64,000 nt of DNA from Eledone cirrhosa (Eukaryota). Positions 53,699 to 64,000 of the stretch are shown here, piece by piece. Location: positions 63,860,001 through 63,924,000 of the forward strand of contig OZ024747.1 in NCBI GenBank assembly GCA_964016885.1, in the 5' to 3' direction. The notes below the pieces were generated by a model. It did no database searches. It was not told the origin of the DNA and worked only from the letters and a program-made list of their open reading frames with translations. Both the position numbers and the translations under genes were made by a program. Positions within the stretch are counted from its first letter, which is position 1, and every line of letters begins with the position of its first letter.

Positions 53699-53734
53699 AC
53701 ATATATATATATATTTATTTATTTAATTACATAA

Positions 53735-53912
53735 CAAACAACACAATATAATTATTCCATTACCAAAGGATCTTTACAGAAATGTCTAGCTCGTTCATCA
53801 GATGAAATAGTTATCTGTGGAGTAATTATATTGTGTTGTCTATTATGTAATCAAATAACTCTGTACTAGACATAGAGCACTCTTCTTTCCTTTACCTTTC
53901 CTACGGAAATAA
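53735..53912. mobile_element. Inverted/deleted copy of the 22639-22810 hammerhead-bearing repeat
   Basis: Minus strand keeps CTGATGAACGA and GGTAATGGAATAATTATATTGTGTTG but has lost GAAA. The plus-strand tail matches 22720-22810. Confidence 0.6.
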
Positions 53913-54226
53913 TTAACGCACGCACTCACAGATATGTGTGTGCATGTATATCAGGATAGAACCAGTTTAAAACTAGTTAGAGAGAGAATTTGATACTTGG
54001 GGTAGTAGAGTATGGGACCCGATGGCTGAGCTCTTGCCGTTTCAACAGCTAGTTCTGTACTCCAAGTGTTGAAACACCAGAGCTCAGCTGTCAGGTCCTG
54101 ACCCTTTATACTATATATATATATATATATATACACCCAAACATTTTCTTATTGACTACATATCATTTAACACATTGGGTATAGGGGTCAAAATTTATAT
54201 AGCAGTAGAAATGGGTCCTAAATATT

Positions 54227-54600
54227 ACATCTGGTGTGGGAATAATACCAATTGAAATAAAGCCTATACTTTACATCTGGTATAGGGCTGTTAGTTATTG
54301 AAATGGGGCCTAGATTTCACATCTGGTATAGGGCTTTTGTTGGAATAGGGCCTACAACTTCACATCTGGTGTGGGAATAATACCAATTGAAATAAAGCTT
54401 ATACTTTACATCTGGTATAGGGCTGTTAGTTATTGAAATGGGGCCTAGATTTCACATCTGGTATAGGGCTTTTGTTGGAATAGGGCCTACAACTTCACAT
54501 CTGGTGTGGGAATAATACCAATTGAAATAAAACCTATACATTACGTCTAGTATAGGGCTGTTGTTGGAATGGGGCCTACAACTTCACATCTGGTGTGGCC
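54227..54600. repeat. 135-bp higher-order repeat made of three ~45-bp subunits
   Basis: ACATCTGGTGTGGGAATAATACC at 54227, 54362 and 54497; subunits start ACATCTGGT or a close variant. Confidence 0.9.
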
Positions 54601-55493
54601 CTATGCTTCACACTTGTCCAAGTTGTCACACAATAAGACTGAACCTGAAGCCATATGGTGGTGAACTAAACTTGTTACCTTCACAGTCATTCTTGCACGT
54701 ATTCAAAACATTTTTGGGGGGCTGAGGGCTGAGGGCTGGGTATGTGGGTGAGCGTCTTATGAATTTCCACAAATGAATAACTACTACTGCTGCTGCTACT
54801 ACTACTACTGCTGCTGCCGCTGCTACTGGTACTACTACTACTACTACTACTAATGGTGCTGCTGTTACTACTAATACTGCTGCTGCTACTACTACTACCA
54901 CCACCACCACCACTATTACTACTACTACTATTTAGCCTAATTCATGTGATTTATGTGTGAATGAGTTCACATTAAAAAAAACCAACCACCACAAAAACAT
55001 GGAATGAATTTTTATATCCTGTTGGAAAAGAAAGCAAATAAAAGAGAAAAATGAACAGAAAGAGAGAGAGAAAGAGAGATATTCAAATGGCCAGACATAT
55101 TGATAGATTGAGGCAGACATAGACAGAACTGAGAAAATCTCCATACTACTTTAGAGGGATATATATATAACCAATAGAAACAGTATTATATTTAACCCCC
55201 AGGAGAATGGGCATGTTTTTGGTGAAATTTGAACCCAGTACACTTAAGTCGAATAAGTACACATAACACTTATTACATGCTTCATAAATCACAGCAATCT
55301 CTTCCAACATGCAGCATTGGTACCAGAGAATATTTTTAACCCTTTCCTTATCATATTTCTAATGACACACTATGATTTAGCCTATGATTTTCGAGTAGTA
55401 CGATGTATTTGTTTTGCAAGGTTTTTCATATGAAATTGTGTGTGAAAACAGATATTGTTATATATGGTGATGGTCATGTTGTCCTAGAGAATA

Positions 55494-55730
<237 letters not shown>

Positions 55731-55787
55731 AATAATTGTTTCTACTTTAGGCACAAGGCCAGACTACTACTACTAATAATAATAATA

Positions 55788-55976
55788 ATTGTTTCTACTT
55801 TTGGCACAAGGCCAGCAATTATCCAGTGCATTACTGGTACTTTATTTTATCAACCCCGTAAGGATGAAAGGCAAAGTTAACCTCGGCAGGATTTGAACTC
55901 GGAATGGCAAGGGCCGTAACTCTATGTGTCAAAGCATGGCGTCCGACCCTCTACCGATACTGCCAATCCACCGCCC
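55788..55976 (-). mobile_element. SINE family A
   Basis: Reverse copy. Confidence 0.8.
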
Positions 55977-56984
55977 TAATAACAATAATGCTGCTGTTAC
56001 TACTACTACTACTAGTGAAGGTGCGTGGCTGAGTGGTTAGAGAATTGAATTTGCAATCATGAGATTGTGAGTTTGGTTCCCAGACCAGGCGATGCGTTAT
56101 GTCCTTGGGCAAGACATTATATTTCACATTGCTCCTTCTACCTGGAGTTGCGACTGATAGATAGTATTAGCAATTGGAAAGACCAACGGAAATATTGTTT
56201 CCTAGATCCGATTTGACGAAAGTCAATCGACTGTCAATGTTGTCCTAATCTTGCAAGTAATTTTGTAAATAAGCAGGAATTTGGAGAGATTTAGTAATAT
56301 AGCGTTTTCATTACTAAATGTGTGGGGGTGGTGGATTAGTAGTATCACTAGAACATTGGATAACATGATTTGCAGTATGTAGTTATGGCTCTTTAGATTC
56401 TGAGTTCAAATCCCACAGATGTTAGCTTTGCTTTTTCTATACTGGAGTCGATTTAATCGACTTGCTCCCCCCCCCCCCCCCCCGAAAATTGTTGACCTTT
56501 TGCTTAAATCAGAAACCATTATTAAGTTGGTGTTTGTAGCATAACTTAACTGATGTTCTTACATAAAACTGTGATGGAATGTTTTTAGAAAATTATAATC
56601 TCCACCCCACCCACAGTCCACACTGTAAAGTTAGTCATTTTAGTGCCATGACAAAAAAGCACCCAGTCTACACTGTAAATGTGGTTGACAGTAGAAAGCA
56701 CATCCAGCCATAGAAACCAAGCCCAAATCAATTTTGTATGACCAAGACATGGCTATCTGATCTGGCTTGTCTCACAACCAGTCTACGGCATGGAAAAATG
56801 AATGTTAAATGTTGGCGATGATGATAAACTGTTTAACCCTTTCTTTCCATATTTCTGATGAAAAGTCCTGCCTATAATTTTTAAAATAATCAAGAATTTT
56901 ATGCGGGGGATTAGTAATATAACTTCCTCATTATTACGCTAGCGGGTGGAACTGCTTCATCATCATCACCATCATCATTTTTTT

Positions 56985-57312
56985 TTGTCCATTTGGAAGG
57001 GGTCTGTTTCACTACGGCATCTCTCCACATATCTTGATCTTTTATCATCTCGACCGAGTTTTAGCGATTTGAGATCAGCTTTCACCATCTCTGCCCTGGG
57101 CTTCCTTGGCCTTCCTCTACTGCAGCTTCCTTCCACTAGGATTTCTTGGCACTTCTTCATCCACTGACCACCATACATGTGCATCGTATGTTGATACCAA
57201 TGCAGTCATCTCTCTTGCACACTACTTCTGATTCATCTTATACCCTGTTTTTTTGTTAGTTCATCCAAACTATATTGTTCTTTTACATCAACAATGCACA
57301 TCCATCAAAGCA
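56985..57312 (-). mobile_element. RTE-clade LINE fragment
   Basis: WMKKCQEILVEGSCSRGRPRK..VKADL in ORF 56975-57184. Confidence 0.7.
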
Positions 57313-57644
57313 TAAATAATTATATATTGTTTTCATCTAGATTTACACACACACACACACATACACATGCACATATGTATGCATACACACACACACATAT
57401 ATGATGGTTTTTCACACAATTTCTGTTTGCAAAGCTCACCCACAAAAGTTTAATCTGCTCAAAGCTAAAGTAGAAGCCACTTGCTGAAGGTTCCACAGAG
57501 TGGGAATTAAACTGAAACCACATGGTTACAAACCAAAACTCTTTGCCACACAGCCATACCTGTGCCTAATTATACCACACAGCCATACCTGTGCCTAATT
57601 ATATCATACAGCCATACCTGTGCCTAATTATACATTAGCATCAC

Positions 57645-58195
57645 CAGTCTGGAACCCCTATCTTGCTCAGAATATTGATCTCCTGGAAACTGTTCAGAGA
57701 CTTGCAACCAAACAAATACCTTCCATCAAGCATCTACCATACTCTGGACACCTTGCTTCCTTGGGCATGGATACACTTGGCAACTGATTTGGTAGACACC
57801 AACAAGATTATTAACCATCTTTCCAGCAACAACCCTGAACACCTTTTTGAATTCATGTGTCTAACACCCATGGACATGCTTATAAAATCAGAAAACAGTA
57901 CAGCAGCCATGACTTTTGGAAACATTTTTTTCATGCTCAAATTTGCTGAAACATGGAACAAACTACCTGTATCAGATGTTAGCTGTTGGGACACTGCATC
58001 CTTCAAAACTTCCATGCTCCCCGAAATTCACCAACACTACACCTGATACCCCCCCATACACTCGCACGCATGTGTGTGTGTATCAGGACTTCTACACTGT
58101 TCACTTTCCTGACATTTGTACATTATTCTATGTAATATACATGCACCTTTGATGAGTTGTAATGCACCTGAGCACTGTATATAATCATTTTCATT
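57645..58195 (+). mobile_element. CR1/L2-group LINE 3' fragment, second copy
   Basis: Colinear with 37895-38468; a 3' UTR-only piece also at ~47780-47890. Confidence 0.8.
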
Positions 58196-58830
58196 AGCAC
58201 ATTGGACACGCGCAGCATAGAGTTACGTTCCTTTACGTTAGCACATTGGACAGTGCAGCATAGAGTTACGTTCCTTTACGTTCTAGTTCAAATCCCGCCA
58301 GGGTTTAGCTTTGCCTTTCATCCTTATGGGGTAAATAAAATAAAGCATCAGTAATGCACTGGGGTTGATATAATCGACCCCCAGCCCCCACATTGCTGGC
58401 CTTGTGCCTATAGTAGAAACCATTATCATCATTTTCAGAATTGTGATCTTAAAAAGAAAAAAAAATGTGTTTTGTATTCTTATATCAGTAGAAAACATAA
58501 GGTTTCTGGTTCTATCACATTTTAGTACTCAAAGACTCACAGAGATTGGTTTGGAAACACTAGAACCATGTCAGTATGACATCAGTTTTTTTGATGTCAT
58601 CGGTCTCATGACAGGGTTTTGTTTACATAATAGCAAACAGCACTTAATGGTAGCAACAACAATTGTGTATATAAGGGCATAGCATGTGAACATGTTTGAG
58701 CAAGCATTATGTACATAATTGTGTGAGCATATGTGTGCATGTGTGTATATATATTTATATAACAGGATAGCATGAAGTGTATATATAATTGTGTGAATAT
58801 GTGTGTGCAAGCAGTGTATATAGTGTGAAC

Positions 58831-58886
<56 letters not shown>

Positions 58887-59017
58887 CAGGATAGCATGAA
58901 GTGTATGTTTAATTGTGTGAAATTGTTTGTGAAAGCAGTGTGTATATAATTGTGTGAGAAAATGTGTGCATGTGTGTATATATACATATAACAGGATAGT
59001 AAGTCATGTGTGTGCAA

Positions 59018-59153
<136 letters not shown>

Positions 59154-59156
59154 TTA

Positions 59157-60256
59157 TCTATAAAAGGCAGGGTGGATTGGCAGTATCGGTAGAGGGTCGG
59201 ACGCCATGCTTTCCAGCATAGTTACGTCCCTTTACGATCTGAGTTCAAATCCCGCCGAGGTTGACTTTGCCTTTCATCCTTACGGGGTCGATAAAATAAA
59301 GTACCAGTAATGAACTGGGTATTTGCTGGCCTTGTGCCTAAAGTAGAAACAATTATCTATAAAAGGCAGATTGTTGTTGTTGTGTGTGTGTGTGCATGTT
59401 CCCTGTTTATACATTTGCACAATTTCAAGCCGATTCGACTCAAAGTCTGTAAGAATGTTGTAAATGGTCTAACTTAGTTCAACGACTATTTATTTCATTC
59501 ACAGTCCCCCACAATTACGGAAATAATCGATAAAACTAAATACATGACACTTTACCCCTCTAATACAATCAGATTGCCTCTCTCTACTCCCCTTAAACTT
59601 TAAGAGAGAGAGAGAGAGTGGGTAAGAGGGAGAGAGAGTGTGTGAGAGGGAGAGAGAGAGAGAACGTTTGTTTTTGAGTGTGGAACGGTCAAACATTTAT
59701 TTACTTTAATGACAAAGAGAACTTATTACATTTCATACGAAACAACAATTATTCAAAAGCAACAGATAATTTATTCAACAACAAAAAAAATAGCGATAAA
59801 GCTTTATAAAACATCTATCAACGAACGTGAAAGAAAGAAGTATCAGTTCATTTACTATACACAATAATATCCTCTATGTGGTCACTAAACCTGCTAGAAA
59901 CAGCAGCTAACTCTCCCCCATATCACACTCCTCCCTACTGTCTTAAATTTAGAAAACACACATTAGACAACCATGCAGAACAACTCCATCGCAGCTCTGT
60001 TTTTCGGCTGGTATCGTCTACGCGCGTGTTGCACAAGTACTGTGAAACAATAAATTGCAACACTTCTTTGCACAGAGATAATATCCATAGGCGAAACTAC
60101 AATTGTCACTGCTGACGCAGCTCCTGCTTCGGCAGTCCAGGTCTGCAATTCATTCGCCCAGTGCCTGGTAGACAAAAAAGTGCTGCCATAAAATGGGTGG
60201 TGCAACCTAACTTTGGTAACTTACTGACCCCGAGCAACGCCGGGCTTTAATGCTAG
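59157..60256 (+). mobile_element. Probable non-autonomous Helitron
   Basis: A|TC start (TCTATAAAAGGCAG, then a GT microsatellite); 3' GC hairpin CCCGAGCAACGCCGGG 8 nt before CTAG|T. Linkage of the two ends is inferred. Confidence 0.65.
59171..59351 (+). mobile_element. SINE family A with 18-bp TSD
   Basis: TSD ATTATCTATAAAAGGCAG at 59153-59170 and 59352-59369. Confidence 0.88.
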
Positions 60257-60364
60257 TATATATATAAAACAAGATAGCACATCAGTGTGAACATATGTGT
60301 GCATATTTGTGTAAATATAGCAAGTAATGTGTGTATACCTGTGTTAACATGTATGTGAATATGT

Positions 60365-60825
60365 GTGTGTATATAGCAAAATTGTATGTGTGTGTGTATA
60401 TATAGCAAAAGTGTATGTGTGTGTGTGTATATATAGCAAAATTGTATGTGTGTGTATATATAGCAAAAGTGTATGTGTGTGTGTATATATAGCAAAATTG
60501 TATGTGTGTGTATATATAGCAAAATTGTATGTATGTGTATATATATAGCAAAAGTGTATGTATGTGTGTGTATATGTGTGTATATATATATAGCAAAAGT
60601 GTATGTGTGCGTATATATATGTGTGCGTATATATAGAGCAAAAGTGTATGTGTGTATATATATAGCAAAAGTGTATGTGTGCGTATATATAGCAAAAGTG
60701 TATGTGTGTGTATATATAGAAAAAGTGTATGTGTGTGTATATATAGAAAAAGTGTATGTGTGTGTATATATAGCAAAATTGTGTGTGTGTATATATAGCA
60801 AAATTGTATGTGTGTGTATATATAC
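60365..60825. repeat. Minisatellite ATATAGCAAAA(G/T)TGTATGTGTG, ~26-32 bp
   Basis: About 15 units. Confidence 0.9.
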
Positions 60826-61245
60826 TGAATGTAGAAGAATGCCCACATAAAAAATCACATATTTGGTTACTAAATATTCTTGAACCCTTTTGATACCAAA
60901 CTGTCTCAAATGACTCCTGGTTCTTTGATGAAATGTTGTATATTTTCAAGTATTTATATTTATATAAAACTTTTCCATCATAATCTTATGTAAGAAACTT
61001 CGTTAAATTATTACGGTCCAAAGACTAGCTTAATAAGTTAGTTGTGTTACTAAATTCTTGAATATTTTCAAAATTATTTGAAACATAGGCTGTTTGTTTC
61101 ATTACAAATATGGTAACAAAATACTTAAATTGTTTCATATTCACAGCAAAAACAAATCTATAAAAAGAAGGCAAGAAAAATATATGGGAACAACTCTACA
61201 TCTCTTAGTTAGATATAATCTGTATTGGACAATATAACTTTCATA

Positions 61246-64000
61246 AGTCCTGTAGTGGACAATATATCTTAGATATGTCCTGTGGTGGACAATATATCTT
61301 GTATATGTCCTGTAGTGGACAATATATCTTGGATATGACCTGTAGTGGACAATATATCTTGTATATGTCCTGCAGTGGACAATATATCTTGGATATGACC
61401 TGTAGTGGACAATATATCTTGTATATGTCCTGTAGTGGACAATATATCTTAGATATGACCTGTATTTGACAATATATCTTAGATATGTCCTGTAGTGGAC
61501 AATATATCTTAGATATGACCTGTAGTGGACAATATATCTTAGATATGACCTGTAGTGGGCAATATATCTTAGATATGACCTGTAGTGGACAATATATCTT
61601 GTATATGACCTGTAGTGGACAATATATCTTAGATATGACCTGTATTTGACAATATATCTTAGATATGTCCTGTAGTGGACAATATATCTTAGATATGACC
61701 TGTAGTGGACAATATATCTTGTATATGTCCTGTAGTGGACAATATATCTTAGATATGACCTGTAGTGGACAATATATCTTAGATATGTCCTGTAGTGGAT
61801 AATATATCTTGTATATGTCCTGTAGTGGACAATATATCTTAGATATGACCTGTAGTGGACAATATATCTTAGATATGACCTGTAGTGGACAATATATCTT
61901 GTATATGTCCTGTAGTGGACAATATATCTTAGATATGTCCTGTAGTGGACAATATATCTTAGATATGTCCTGTAGTGGACAATATATCTTAGATATGACC
62001 TGTAGTGGACAATATATCTTGTATATGTCCTGTAGTGGACAATATATCTTAGATATGACCTGTAGTGGACAATATATCTTGTATATGTCCTGTAGTGGAC
62101 AATATATCTTGTATATGTCCTGTAGTGGACAATATATCTTAGATATGACCTGTAGTGGACAATATATCTTAGATATGACCTGTAGTGGACAATATATCTT
62201 GTATATGTCCTGTAGTGGACAATATATCTTAGATATGTCCTGTAGTGGACAATATATCTTAGATATGACCTGTAGTGGACAATATATCTTGTATATGTCC
62301 TGTAGTGGACAATATATCTTAGATATGACCTGTAGTGGACAATATATCTTGTATATGTCCTGTAGTGGACAATATATCTTGTATATGTCCTGTAGTGGAC
62401 AATATATCTTAGATATGATCTGTAGTGGACAATATATCTTAGATATGACCTGTAGTGGACAATATATCTTAGATATGTCCTGTAGTGGACAATATATCTT
62501 AGATATGACCTGTAGTGGACAATATATCTTGTATATGTCCTGTAGTGGACAATATATCTTAGATATGACCTGTAGTGACAATATATCTTAGATATGACCT
62601 GTAGTGGACAATATATCTTGTATATGTCCTGTAGTGGACAATATATCTTAGATATGACCTGTAGTGGACAATATATCTTGTATATGTCCTGTAGTGGACA
62701 ATATATCTTAGATATGACCTGTAGCGGACAATATATCTTAGATATGACCTGTAGTGGACAATATATCTTGTATATGTCCTGTAGTGGACAATATATCTTA
62801 GATATGACCTGTAGCGGACAATATATCTTAGATATGACCTGTAGTGGACAATATATCTTGTATATGTCCTGTAGTGGACAATATATCTTAGATATGACCT
62901 GTAGTGGACAATATATTTTGTATATGTCCTGTAGTGGACAATATATCTTGTATATGTCCTGTAGTGGACAATATATCTTGTATATGTCCTGTAGTGGACA
63001 ATATATCTTGGATATGACCTGTAGTGGACAATATATCTTAGATATGTCCTGTAGTGGACAATATATCTTAGATATGACCTGTAGTGGACAATATATCTTG
63101 TATATGTCCTGTAGTGGACAATATATCTTAGATATGACCTGTAGTGGACAATATATCTTAGATATGACCTGTAGTGGACAATATATCTTAGATATGACCT
63201 GTAGTGGACAATATATCTTGTATATGTCCTGTAGTGGACAATATATCTTAGATATGACCTGTAGTGGACAATATATCTTGTATATGTCCTGTAGTGGACA
63301 ATATATCTTAGATATGACCTGTAGCGGACAATATATCTTAGATATGACCTGTAGTGGACAATATATCTTAGATATGACCTGTATTGGACAATATATCTTG
63401 TATATGTCCTGTAGTGGACAATATATCTTAGATATGACCTGTAGTGGACAATATATCTTAGATACGACCTGTAGTAGACAATATATCTTAGATATGTCCT
63501 GTAGTGGACAATATATCTTAGATATGACCTGTAGTGGACAATATATCTTGTATATGTCCTGTAGTGGACAATATATTTTGTATATGTCCTGTAGTGGACA
63601 ATATATCTTAGATATGACCTGTAGTGGGCAATATATCTTGTATATGACCTGTAGTGGACAATATATCTTAGATATGACCTGTAGTGGACAATATATTTTG
63701 TATATGTCCTGTAGTGGACAATATATTTTGTATATGTCCTGTAGTGGACAATATATCTTAGATATGTCCTGTAGCGGACAATATATCTTAGATATGACCT
63801 GTAGTGGACAATATATCTTAGATATGACCTGTAGTGGACAATATATCTTGTATATGACCTGTAGTGGACAATATATCTTAGATATGTCCTGTAGCGGACA
63901 ATATATCTTAGATATGACCTGTAGTGGACAATATATTTTAGATATGACCTGTAGTGGACAATATATTTTGTATATGTCCTGTAATGGACAATATATCTTA
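61246..64000. repeat. 30-bp minisatellite array, >2.7 kb, continues past window end
   Basis: Unit CCTGTAGTGGACAATATATCTT(AG/GT)ATATG(A/T); ~90 units; one 29-bp unit near 62575. Confidence 0.98.

Noticed and set aside
61241-62591. 446-aa and 260-aa Cys-repeat proteins
   Set aside because: Translation of a 30-bp minisatellite. The start codon is created by a 1-bp deletion within the array.

Overview
AT-rich, repeat-dense eukaryotic genomic DNA. The SINE, LINE and microsatellite landscape looks like a coleoid cephalopod such as Octopus (inference). Almost every ORF in the supplied track is a microsatellite or transposon artefact. One real gene, missed by the ORF track, can be assembled by hand on the + strand. 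It has four coding exons (1943-2048, 10515-10675, 21579-21805, 25355-25514), GT-AG introns of phases 1, 0 and 2, and encodes a 217-aa secreted protein with a signal peptide and the ten-cysteine spacing of the stanniocalcin family. The second main signal is a cluster of type I hammerhead ribozyme motifs from several unrelated sequence families. Six lie inside the introns of this gene: 4510-4576(-), 10124-10208(+), 18639-18676(-) and 18749-18786(+) as a pair within a 296-bp palindrome, 19139-19230(-), and 22639-22727(+). Decayed copies lie downstream. Their form is typical of Penelope-like element or retrozyme remnants. The rest is tRNA-derived SINEs, RTE and CR1 LINE fragments, hAT, piggyBac and Tc1-mariner MITEs with readable target-site duplications, a deleted mariner, a probable non-autonomous Helitron, a CpG-retaining candidate regulatory region near 42.4-44.1 kb, and several minisatellites. 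A 30-bp array runs off the right end. Repeat boundaries without a TSD are approximate, and no database search or folding program was run.
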